DNA from: Phoronis australis
Taxonomy: Eukaryota; Animalia; Phoronida
DNA length: 64,000 nucleotides
Reading direction: 5' to 3'
Assembly: GCA_002633005.1 (NCBI GenBank)
Contig: NMRA01000330.1
Span: 248,001 to 312,000 of the forward strand
Notes under the pieces: model-generated
What the model was told of the DNA's origin: nothing
The model's database searches: none
Seen by the model: only the letters and a program-made list of their open reading frames with translations
Made by a program: the position numbers and the translations under genes
In this document: positions 1 to 11,085 of the stretch, in pieces
How the letters are laid out: each line of letters opens with the position of its first letter
Position numbering within the stretch: the stretch's first letter is position 1

Positions 1-2820
1 TCAAATTTGATGACTGTTGTTTTATTGACTGATTCCGCAATGTAATTTTGTTGGTTTGACGTTGGTGCCATGGGTCTAAGGGCCATAGTTGCTGCTGTTC
101 TTGGTTTCGTCGTCGACATCACTTCAAAGTTTTTCAGTCGATTTCACGAAGTGACGCTCCTCAGAGCACTTTCCTCTTGCTGTTACTCAAATTAGAAACT
201 AGTTCTAGTTCTGAGAAGATCTGGCACTTTTCCATTGCCTAAGACCAGACTCGTGAAGTCTGCTTGTCACTGCGGTCAGTGTCAGTCACTCAAGCAGAAT
301 TCCAAGCTGATGACTAATAACAATTCAAGCAAAGGATAAAAACACGATGACAGTAAACTGAAAACGTTGTTTTGACGTGAAAACACGGTTAGTAGAGGCT
401 TTATTCTACACGTAAGAATATTTTCAATTTTTATTAAACGAACGGTTCCCGTTCTGCAGACTATTTCTAGAATTTTCCAAGTGGCTCAGTCAAATATACG
501 AACGGGTGAATATTTGTGATTAATTGTTGGTAACAATAAATACTACAGTGTTGCTGCTGGTCCCGCAAATGATATCCGCCAAATATAAGTCTAAGTGTTG
601 AGCATACATTCCAAATGCACCAGTATTCATACTACTGGCGTTTTTAGACTTGAGGTGGCGGCACCTGTTCTCCACAGGTTCGCTGCCGTCTTGTTAAACA
701 CCAGCGTGACCCATAATAGGATTTTTTGTCTTAATATCAAGACAAACTCGCTTGCTTGCTTCAATGCTGGGTCGGTGTATTCTTTACACCATGCAGTTAG
801 TGCCTTGGCAGCATACATTGATATGCAGAAAAGTACGTTTGTACGCACGAAAATTCTTCAGATAGTGTTCAGGAAATGAAATGGGAATTTTTAAAATTTA
901 CTGCTATGCAGTACATGATTAGGCCAACTATTCCCAAGATTCTTGGCATTGATATTTGCGTTGGCGCGCAACGCTTACATTCGACTTCAGCAATAACACA
1001 GAGTTACTGTGTGTTGATAAAAATCTGTTTAAAGTGTGCAGAATTATAAAAAAAAAACGTGAAAATGCTAAGATTTACGACAGGGTGTCCTAAAAGTTTA
1101 TTGAACAATATCAAAAAATCTGCAATCTATGTTTCTATCCCGCGCTTTCCCGAGTTTATTCAGTTCCCCTTTCAACGCTTTATTCTAACATTGCCTTTTG
1201 GGGCAATTGTTTACTTCTAAAGGGCTAACTCATATTGATCTTAGATCCACGATTGTTAAACACTATATAAAGAGTGTTTCAGAAAAATTGCTTTGAAGAA
1301 AGGGAAAATATAAATTTCGGACAGTTTGAAATGTACATTTCGATATGTATCGGCACAGCTATTAAAAAGGACAGCCATGACTATCGAAAGTGTGCGCGAG
1401 TTACTACGCAAAATGAGGCACAATTCATATCTAAGGAAGTTTATTGTGTATTCATATGAAAGTAGAACATGAAACACTGCGTGTAGGTTATAGGGACTCG
1501 ACATGGATCAAACACGCTCACTGTCAAGAAAGGAGAGAGTCAAACGTAATAACTCGTATTTGACCGGCCGCCTTAGATGGGAGAGGGCTTATTGGGATCG
1601 GTAAAATTGGTCTACCGATCGATATTTCGGTGGCGAAACTGAAAACAATCAATCACGAATGTCTATTCAATTTTCAGATCAAGTAGGAGATTATACGTCC
1701 CGGAACCTTATAGATTTCTGTTAATATCGACAGACGATAGGATTTGACATTTTTGGAAGACGTTGAGGATTTTGTAGTGTTTCGTTTTACCACGATCTAG
1801 ACATCATACACCTGAAAATGTTAACACGCTGAAGACTACCGCCTCAAGTGTTGACCGCCATTGTATGAACCGAGGTTATCCGTAAACAGCCCCACCCAAA
1901 ATAAAACAGTTTCGTGAGCGTATGTTCGACAAAATTTCCGAATGTATGTCTAATTTGAATATGAATTTGATGACTTGATCGTGTGAATGCGATTGAATCC
2001 ATAATTGGAAAGTTATCACTAATACCTGGCAATTGTGAAATCCGTGTTTTAAAGTAGCCTACAGCCGACCATGATGGGCCAAAAAACTCAACACCTCAAT
2101 AGGACAGTCCCAGATTACACAGCGCCACTTGAATCACGCGGTATTTACCCACACTGCTGCAGTTTCCGTCAAGCAATTCTCTGTCCTCGTTTTCGCGCCA
2201 TTTGAGTTTCTCATATCATTTCTTAGACCTTACTTTTTCAAGTTTTTCTCAACTGCATTAAAATGATACTAAACTCTGTTTTGACGATTTCAGCCAATCC
2301 TCGTTCTGTCACCTGCTAATGCATCATTGGCGTCAATCCTGAAATCTTGAAATAGGACTCAAAACTCCCTGTGTCACAGACTGGATGTTATGGTTCTTGG
2401 TGGATGGTCTTTTCCAACAGATGTATTGTAATTCGCTAAAAGTGTAACTCACGCTTACCTATATAGCAGACCTCGAAAGGAGTGTTCAAATTTTCCTCCA
2501 AACTTTTGAGGGTTGTCGAGTGATATAGAGCATTATTTTGTTTCAGGGAATTGGATGGGGAAGTTGTTTTAAATATCTGTAATAGGACAAAAACGGTTTT
2601 GGTGTCCTTTAAACTGCATTGGACCTGGTAATGCCAACGAAGTTTTAGTGCTGCGCTGTGGGTTGCAACTCCGATGGCAGAAATTTGGATAAACTTGAGA
2701 AATATGAATGGAAGCATGATTCCTAGAATTAGCGCTACCTTTCTAAAACGCGTTTTCCTACCTCCAGGGCAAAGGAGGTTTCTTTTCGGGAACGTCCCTT
2801 TTTGGACTAGCTTAGCATAA

Positions 2821-3193
2821 AGACGCACGCAACATACCGCTACATATAAAGACAAACGCAACATATCACTGCATAAAAAGACGCAAGCAGCATATCGCTA
2901 CACACAGAGACGCACGCAGCATATCGCTACATACAGAGACGCACGCAACATATCGCTACATATAGAGACGCACGCAACATATCGCTACGGAAAGAGACGC
3001 ACGCAACATATCGCTACATTTAGAGACGCACGCAACATAACGCTACATACAAAGACGCACGCAACATATCGCTACATATAGAGACGCACGCAACATATCG
3101 CTACGTAAAGAGACGCACGCAACATATCGCTACATAGAGATGCTCGCAACATATCGCTACATATAGAGACGCACGCAACATATCACTACATAT
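2821..3193. repeat. Minisatellite, about 13 copies of a 29-bp unit (AGACGCACGCAACATATCGCTACATATAG)
   Basis: Direct tandem periodicity of 29 bp (one 27-bp unit) with no unique spacers. Confidence 0.95.
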
Positions 3194-4807
3194 TTCAACC
3201 AGACATGTATCTTCAACATTAACATCACGTCAAACTTAGAAATCGTCAAAAGGTACAAACGAATAGTAATGTGACCTGACCTAAAATCAAAAAAGACTAT
3301 TGGATACTGCATAATCATTCTGCGTCCTTCAGAAACACTGCGATATCAACAGCAATAATTATATATATACGTATATCCTTAATTAATGCACGAGATGTGT
3401 AATCTAATGCATAAACCACAACGTCCCGTCAGGTGGAGCTCCGGCTGTTATCCGCAAGAACGCCAGACCTTATTCGTAAAGGGTAATTATCGTTTTACGG
3501 CTGAAAAACGCATTTTTGAGATTATTGTTAGTTGGGATAAACCTTTGATGGTTTCAGCTTTGACCAGAGTTATAAACCAATAAAATCCTTTTAATTTGTG
3601 ATTTAATTGCAGATCGCAAATTCTAGGCGATGTCCGACAGACATTAGCTGAAATCAAGGGTAGTGACTTTTCACTTATAATACTGTCAGTCATAGAGTGC
3701 GATTTAGCTCGTCATCAGAGCATTTGACTACAAACGCAGAGATTTGCTGTATAAATCCGCGCTTGGGGTGATTTGAGAAAATCACTTTTTCGTCGACAAT
3801 GTCACTTTAAGAGAGGCCAAATAACACGTCGTCAAATCTGCGGCACTTCGTGAGCCCGCGTACAGAGTGAAGTAGACCGTCATATGGATGTCCAAATTTC
3901 GAAATTGAATCCATAAAGTTGACAATATAATAAAATATAAAATACGCTAAAAATTGTAGCATCAAATCAACACACTAGTAATGTTGTGCGTCGGTAAGTG
4001 CGTAACTTTTTAACCTGTGACTGTTAGAACTGGTGTTATGTGGTATAAAAGAGTTCAACGAAAGTCAAATCCACACACGATTTTGAGTCGATAGATGAGC
4101 TCAGTGATGAAATATGTATTTTCCGTGGCTTTAAAAGAGCTCCCAATTGTGTTTGAATTGCCCTCAAGTAATTGAAAGGTAGGCGTTACCAAGGATATAG
4201 CATGACGTAGAACGTAAGAGAGATGTAACAAACAACAACTGGGTATGACAACGTAGGTAAATGTCTAGGGAAGATAACACGCCCACTGTTTACTACAACT
4301 CTCTGCATCATGCTTGTTGATGAACGGACAGTCTTCTAACTACTTCTCGTCTCTGATTAGTCGAAGCACCCTTTGGCAACATAACAAAAATCTATAACCG
4401 ACATGGCATCTGAGTTTTTCGGTTAGACAAACCGAGGCAAAAAACCATGGCTTTCGTCGAATTTCTTTATCCATGAGAAACTCCACAGAGTGTGCCTTCT
4501 GCAAGTTGTACACCTTTTGTCAGATGTCCTGAGACAGGGTGGTAACAAGGACTTTTGTTGAACCAGTTTATGATTTCGACGAAATTAGCCAGTCGCCCTG
4601 TGGTCTTAGTACATTTATTCGCTGTTCCCTGAAACAGAGCCATCAGATTATATATGTCATGCTATACAACGATTCGTCATCTCGTCACACAAAACTAAAA
4701 ATTATTTGTAAAACTACATTGAAGGTTTTGATTTAGAAAAGTCTTCTTTTTAGCAATTGAACTTTACAATCAGTGGATCGTTTACTGTTTAACTTATTGA
4801 GGCGTCG

Positions 4808-5283
4808 TGTTAGCTTTACAACAAAGAAAGAAATTGGCGGTCTATGAACGATTTTTAGCCTTGTCATGCAAGTGGCGTAGCAGCAACTATTTCGTTCCTG
4901 CAGTAATGTTTAATAGCCGCGTGCTTGAAGCACATACATGCACATGTACAATAAACACACGTCTGGCTGATTTAACTGGTGTGTTATTCATTCTGTATGA
5001 ATACAGGACAGAACGTACAATGTAAACAAAAGTCAGCGACAGTAGAAAGATACACTCCGAAAAGGCGCAACCAAAATTTTTCCGTTTCACATTTCTTGAA
5101 CATGAATTAAGCACCGATTTGTCTGTACAACAGACCACATTTACACTTCCTTCATCAGTCATGCCAGCTTGTTTGCTAAAGCGCCAATCAGAAACGCCGG
5201 TGTAAAAAAAATTTCGTGAAGAAAATTAAATGATACCTGCGTGTGTTCTCTGCCACCTAGCGACAAGCAGGGAACCAGCGAGG
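4808..5283 (+). mobile_element. MITE family A copy 1 (left end missing)
   Basis: Colinear with 17203-17767; ends in the TIR ...GCAGGGAACCAGCGAGG. Confidence 0.85.
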
Positions 5284-7535
5284 AAAGAAATGGGCCCTCA
5301 TGCCAAACCGACTTTCTTCTACTGGCAAAGTAAAACATTTGGCTGATATCACAACCGATATTTTTGATCTGGAAAAGAACAGAAAGTAAAAAATAAAGGT
5401 CAAGGAAATAATGCCTCATTGACGTCAGTAAAATTACACTTTGGTAACTATAATGAAAAATTACTCCCTGGTTTGTGAATTTAAAGTGCAAAATTGTGAG
5501 TTGCTCAGATGAAATAGTGATCTACTTTCAAAATGTTTGTTTGGGCTTTTAAAATTGTAATGTATAATCCGAATACTTTTAACGCATTCAAAATTTGGAT
5601 TAACCAACTGCAATCGAAAAAGTCTAAGTGAAATAATAAAATGGAGCAAAAATTATTGTGAAATTTCACTTTTCTTCAAGCACAAGATTACAAGTTCATT
5701 TGACTTTAAGAGGGAACATTACCTTTCTGAAGGCGTTTTTAGATACTTTGGCATGTTTCACTGTTTTGAAATGTACTTTGGGTCTTGTAAGTCAATTTTG
5801 GTATAGAAACGCACGAAGCAGACAAATTTGCGGCGATGTAGTTTTCTGTTGACGTAATCGGTGAACGATACCTCTCCGCTAAACAGGGATTCCTCGCTGG
5901 TAAACATGAACCACAACAATTGTATTCAAAGATGGGCTTTAAAGGGGCATGATCCGGCTTGAAAAGTCGAAAAGCGCATTTGGGAATAACTGATGGTAGA
6001 ACTGTGTTGAAGTTATTAGCTATAACCAGAGCTACGCAACATCAATCGATTTCCGACGTTAGTTTTCAGTCATTTGGTTTTTAGCTCTACTGACAAAGCG
6101 TCGGACCAAGGGGTGTTGTACAATACACTCCTTGGTCGGACGGAGACTATTGAGGATATTGCTGCAAATCCGCGTGATGCGGCTGCGAACCGGCTGAATC
6201 GTTGCGGGTTTTATATTGCTTGTTTGGTTCCATTGTTCAAATCGAAGTCAATTTTAACAATGAGTGAGTCTGGGACTGCAAATGTTTAGGCTTCTTGGCC
6301 ACGGCACGCAATTATTAGATCTGGGAATCCCTGAGAATGAAAAGCGGAAGAGCTCGGATCGGTTGACGCTTTCTTTCACAGTGCAACGAAAGGTAGCACT
6401 GTCACATGTTGTTCAACGTCGCTTCTCATTGGTTAAAGTAATGAAACCGATGTCATAACTTTCAGTCATTCCCATTAGTTGAATTCTGGGAAACCCCTAT
6501 CAGTTTACGGTTTCAAACTACGGCGACTTGAATAGTTGTAATTTATTAAACCGGCAATGATTGAAGTATACAAAATCAAAGAAACCCCAATTCAGTGGCT
6601 TAAGCCCAAACACAGCGCATAAAGGCGTGTGCAAGTGGTGGCGATGTGATCGGTATACTTCCGACCAAGGCATGCGCATTGATGTCCGCGTGTCGTTCAT
6701 CATGTTTCCACAGGGCCACTTTTCATTATATGTGGCGCTGTGTCAGAGGGTATACATGTACCTACTCTGTGCGTTACCACTTCCGGTTTGAGGCACTGAT
6801 ACTTTTTAGTGATTTCATTTTTTCTAGAAATAGTCAGAAAATATTCACGATACCTGTTATAGTACGTGAAATAAACAAAACTGACCAAAAAACTTTCAGA
6901 AAATGTAACACTCATGCGCCTACTTGTGCTTCCTCGTCTAATCTGAATAAACTAGTTTTAAAGAGTTTTAGGAAGTTGGGTAGATCACGTGCGACACCTG
7001 GCGACACTAAAACTCTTCACCAATACTGTTTTCCTGATAACGAGCCTTAAAAGAAATATTGTAATTGAAATTCTTTATTAAAAAGCTCTATATATATCTT
7101 AGTTTACAAACAGTGGCCATGATTTTTGTCAACGCATGCCTTGATACTGAATGTGCCTCGTATAAACCTATTCTGTGGTTTTCATTACCCGTCTAAGTGG
7201 AGGTCCCGTAATTATGAAATGCATGTTAGCCGAATACTGCAGTGTGAATGGGTATATCATTATTTTAAAGAAATGGAAAGACGGACAGTTTATTCCAAGA
7301 TCGGGACACACTACGCCCGTCACAGTTTTGTATTGCGAGACGTGTTTCAATTTCCTGGAGTTATTGATTAGGACATGAATTACGTCAGCTGAAACAGTTT
7401 TCCTGGAATGATAACACAAAACAGCAGGGTACTGACAAGCTATTGTGAAAACTGGATGTCAAAATAGACAAATAGCGTTAAACTTGAACCGAAAGCCAAC
7501 ACGCTGTGGAAGTGGGGAGTCAGCTAGGAAACAAG

Positions 7536-8000
7536 ATGAACTTTTCCGTTACGGATTATCGTTTTAACGAAACTGAGTCGGTGATTATGTTTGAGAGGTA
7601 TCTGCCTCCATTTCTTATACTGCTGGGGCTGGTTGGAAACATTCTTGTTATCAGCGCCATAGTGATTCAGAAGACAGCCAGACGTAGACCAGGCAATATC
7701 TTCATCTTAGTTCTTGCCTCCGCCGATCTTTTGGTCGTTCTCTGGATCATGCCAATTTTTATGGTTAATGCTTGGCTAGAAAACAATGATTTCTTGATCA
7801 GTGACAGGCCGGTGATCTGCACGTTGCTGCGTGCAATTAACTGGTTCTGCTGTGCATTGTCAGTTTACGACATGGTGCTTATTGCTTTCAATCGTTATAT
7901 CAAAATTTGTGTCAGCCATCGGTACAACACGCTCTTCACAAAGACAAAAATTGCTGTCACGCTTATGGTTTTGATATTTTGTATATTATTAACAATAATT
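7536..8000 (+). pseudogene. Truncated copy (TM1-TM4) of the GPCR at 8637; probably an allelic assembly duplicate
   Basis: Protein identical to the 8637 ORF except CCAL vs CCGL; breaks exactly at the N at 8001. Confidence 0.75.
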
Positions 8001-8112
8001 NGGGCAGATCACGTGCGACACCTGGCGACACTAAAACTCTTAGTTCACCAATACTGTCTACCTGATAACGATCCTTAAAAGAAATATTGTTATTGAAATT
8101 CTTTGGTAAAAA

Positions 8113-8116
<4 letters not shown>

Positions 8117-8167
<51 letters not shown>
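8117..8167. repeat. (TA)n microsatellite
   Basis: About 25 TA dinucleotides. Confidence 0.95.
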
Positions 8168-8169
<2 letters not shown>

Positions 8170-8636
8170 TAATTTACAAACAGTGGTCATGATTTTTGTC
8201 AACGCATCCTTGATACTGAATGTGCCTCGCGGCCTATTCTGTGGTTTTCATTACCCATCTGAATATTTTTTCTCCTGACACAGAGGACCATGTCTGTGTG
8301 GAGGTCCCGTAATTATGAAAGACATGTTAGCCAAATACTGCGATGTGAATGGGTATAACATTATTTTAAAGAAATGGAAAGACGGACAGTTTATTCCAAG
8401 ATCGGGACACACTACGTCCGTCACAGTTTTGTACTGCGATACGTCTTTCAATTTCCTGAAGTTATTGATTAGGACATGAATTACATCAGCTGAAACAGTT
8501 TTCTTGGAATGATAACACAAAACAGCAGGGTACTGACAAGCTATTGTGAAAACTGGATGTCAAAATACACAAACAGCGTTAAACTTGACTCGAAAGCCAA
8601 CACGCTGTGGAAGTGGGGATTCAGCTAGAAAACAAG

Positions 8637-9575
8637 ATGAACTTTTCCGTTACGGATTATCGTTTTAACGAAACTGAGTCGGTGATTATGTTTGAGAGGT
8701 ATCTGCCTCCATTTCTTATACTGCTGGGGCTGGTTGGAAACATTCTTGTTATCAGCGCCATAGTGATTCAGAAGACAGCCAGACGTAGACCAGGCAATAT
8801 CTTCATCTTAGTTCTTGCCTCTGCCGATCTTTTGGTCGTTCTCTGGATCATGCCAATTTTTATGGTTAATGCTTGGCTAGAAAACAATGATTTCTTGATC
8901 AGTGACAGGCCGGTGATCTGCACGTTGCTGCGTGCAATTAACTGGTTCTGCTGTGGATTGTCAGTTTACGACATGGTGCTTATTGCTTTTAATCGTTATA
9001 TCAAAATTTGTGTCAGCCATCGGTACAACACGCTCTTCACAAAGACAAAAATTGCTGTCACGCTTATGGTTTTGATATTTTGTATATTATTAACAATAAT
9101 TTTTCTGGAGCTCGGGCGTCAGAATGACTGCGTTTTAAGCAAATCCAAGGTACCAGGAATTGGAAAAATTGTTGTGTTCTTCTTTGGATTTATAATACCG
9201 CTCCTGTCTACAGGATACTGCTACACTAAAATATTTATTAAGATCCGAACATCAAACATCGGCCTCAATAACTACAGACGTACAGCAATCAATACGCTTT
9301 TTCTGGTGACGTCACTGTTCTTTGTTTGCTGGACCCCGTTTTTCGTGTCATTTTGGTTGGATCCAAAATTACGTCTCATTCACGTCACCGGAAAATGGCT
9401 GGCTCTCAGTAACTCGTGTATTAATAGCTTCGTCTATGGCTTGCGAAGCGAAGAATTCAGAAGTGGTTATAAAAAGGTACTATGTTTTTGGAAGCGGAAC
9501 AAAATTCACCCTGGGTTAAGCACCAGGGTCAGTCAAGGACAACAGTCTCTCAACGGACAAAACACTGCATTTTAG
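8637..9575 (+). CDS. Intronless class A (rhodopsin-like) orphan GPCR, 312 aa, NRY-type
   Basis: Seven hydrophobic segments; GN (TM1), LASAD (TM2), IAFNRY (TM3), CY (TM5), FFVCWTP (TM6), NSCINSFVYG (TM7), helix 8 EEFR; N-glycosylation sequons NFS/NET. First ATG at 8637 (the track's 8607 start is GTG). Confidence 0.93.
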   Translation: MNFSVTDYRFNETESVIMFERYLPPFLILLGLVGNILVISAIVIQKTARRRPGNIFILVLASADLLVVLWIMPIFMVNAWLENNDFLISDRPVICTLLRAINWFCCGLSVYDMVLIAFNRYIKICVSHRYNTLFTKTKIAVTLMVLIFCILLTIIFLELGRQNDCVLSKSKVPGIGKIVVFFFGFIIPLLSTGYCYTKIFIKIRTSNIGLNNYRRTAINTLFLVTSLFFVCWTPFFVSFWLDPKLRLIHVTGKWLALSNSCINSFVYGLRSEEFRSGYKKVLCFWKRNKIHPGLSTRVSQGQQSLNGQNTAF

Positions 9576-10228
9576 ATGTTAGAATCTAATATGTATTGAC
9601 TACGAGGCTCACATTGTCCTTGGATGCGATTTAAACAATCAAAGTTCCCTCGGGTAGCAAACACGTGTAAAGCCTGTCTTTTTACAAGTTTGTGAACAAA
9701 GAGATTTTTAATAATCTTGAGTGACATGATTTCCTGCTTTTCCTATTGATTAAACTGTATACTGTAGCAGATCATTGTTTATACCCATAAATGTGCTTGT
9801 AATTAGACTTGAACATTGACAATGTGAATGGTAAAGTGAACATCAAATTTAAAGAGGCATAGAACGCGAAAGCTCGTCAAAAATACGTTTTAAATAATTT
9901 CTGATGAAAGTACCATCTCGCAACGTCTAGTACTTCACTTTTCCGCGGTCAGGAAATACTGGCGAAGGAAAACTCTGGTTACCACAGAATCTCCCTCCTA
10001 CTTATGGTAAATGCGCGCATGCGCTCGCAGTCAGTTCCTTGAAGTCGCTTGAGGTAAAAGGTCACATTTCCCATATCAGGTAAATGTGCTACGTCTTTGT
10101 CTTGTCACACCAAATGAAAAAACGTGATTGGCCTTGCAGGAAAAGTCGACAAAGTGGCGAGCATTTCACAGATCGTTTTCTTTGAAATTCGAAACTAAAG
10201 GAAAATGCTTCATGTCAATAGGTTGAAT

Positions 10229-10502
10229 GGGGCTATTCGGAGAATTCTCCTCGCGGTGTCGCTGCTGTACTAGTGGTGATTGAATTGCGCATGCGTCGCT
10301 GTCTGCATGTAAACAGCTGGTAAAAAGACGGATTGCTATCAAAATACGTCGTCGCGCTAAGCCTTATTATTGCTATTTTCCCTGGTGCAAGTCTTCGACA
10401 GGTGGTCACAAATTCCCAAAAGACCTAAGTTCACTACATTCGTGGAGAATTGCGGTCAAAAGGGTCAACCAACTGAGAAAAAGTGTGTGGATGCCGAAGC
10501 TC
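10229..10502 (+). mobile_element. ISL2EU-type DNA transposon left end with THAP-domain start, truncated at a contig join
   Basis: AT + GGGGCTATTCGGAGAATT TIR. The frame from 10344 reads (I)RRRAKPYYCYFPWCKSSTGGHKFPKDLSSLHSWRIAVKRVNQLRKSVWMPK, a THAP pattern (CxxPxC..H.FPKD..W...R...W.P). Confidence 0.75.
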
Positions 10503-10872
10503 NGTAAATAAAAACATTCTAGAACTTTGCGGACGGGATTTCTATATACAAAAACAAGGCTCTTGAATGTTGTGGACTACGGTTTTATTTTTTAATCACT
10601 TATATGATGGAACATTCCTCTCGAATATCCTCCAGTTTTCTATTGTGAACCAATTACGTCACTTCTCACTAGCCTGACCCTATGGGTCACATTAATCAAA
10701 TGCTATCTGCTAGTAAACAAATTGAACAGCTGCAAAGTAAAACCTGTAGAACTAAAATTAGTGTCAGTCTATTCCTGAAACAGATAAAGTTAGTGATAAA
10801 AAGGATCAAAACAGTGTCGATGTCATAAGATCGTTGTTTGTTGTCCTTCAGTTCTTCTATGTTTCTCACCAG

Positions 10873-11028
10873 GTGCTGGCCAGCCCATTTTTGAGACAGA
10901 ATCGCACTGTACCTACATATTCAGCTGGGACACTCAATATGCCTGTCTAGACCATCCTCTCACCAGTCAGTGTCGAGTTGATTACAAGTCCAAGCGGTTT
11001 GACCTGTCTAGTTTGGTCAGAATACAAG
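10873..11028 (+). CDS. IGF2R: Isolated exon of a cation-independent mannose-6-phosphate receptor (CIMR repeat junction)
   Basis: Acceptor TTCTCACCAG, donor G|GTAAAG, 156 nt, phase 1-1, no stops. Peptide (G)AGQPIFETESHCTYIFSWDTQYACLDHPLTSQCRVDYKSKRFDLSSLVRIQ matches the CIMR motif G.P.F...C.Y.F.W.T.YAC...C.V....DLS.L. Confidence 0.72.
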
Positions 11029-11085
11029 GTAAAGCAACATGCAGGTTTAATAACCAATCTTGTACATTTATGCTGTACGTTCAAT

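Larger units (their letters stand above)
6978..9100 (+). repeat. About 1.0-1.1 kb direct duplication (6978-8000 vs 8002-9100) across a single-N contig join; probably an uncollapsed haplotype
   Basis: Near-identical copies abut at the N at 8001 and differ by SNPs, (TA)n length and a 35-bp indel. Confidence 0.8.

Noticed and set aside
2821-3193. CRISPR-like 29-bp repeats
   Set aside because: Units are contiguous with no unique spacers, there are no cas genes, and the context is eukaryotic.
1-7050. Several TTAA-bounded, Kolobok-like termini (~2612, ~3810, ~5703, ~5939, ~7050) and a possible Crypton-like end near 1-500
   Set aside because: Could not pair the ends convincingly or find coding remnants.
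8607-8636. N-terminal extensions in the ORF track (8607, 7506, 27084)
   Set aside because: They start at GTG codons; both paralogs align from an ATG-initiated MNF.
8637-9575. Possible opsin because of a lysine in TM7
   Set aside because: Counting back from N7.49, the Lys is at 7.39, not the retinal-binding 7.43 (Leu here); the paralog lacks it.
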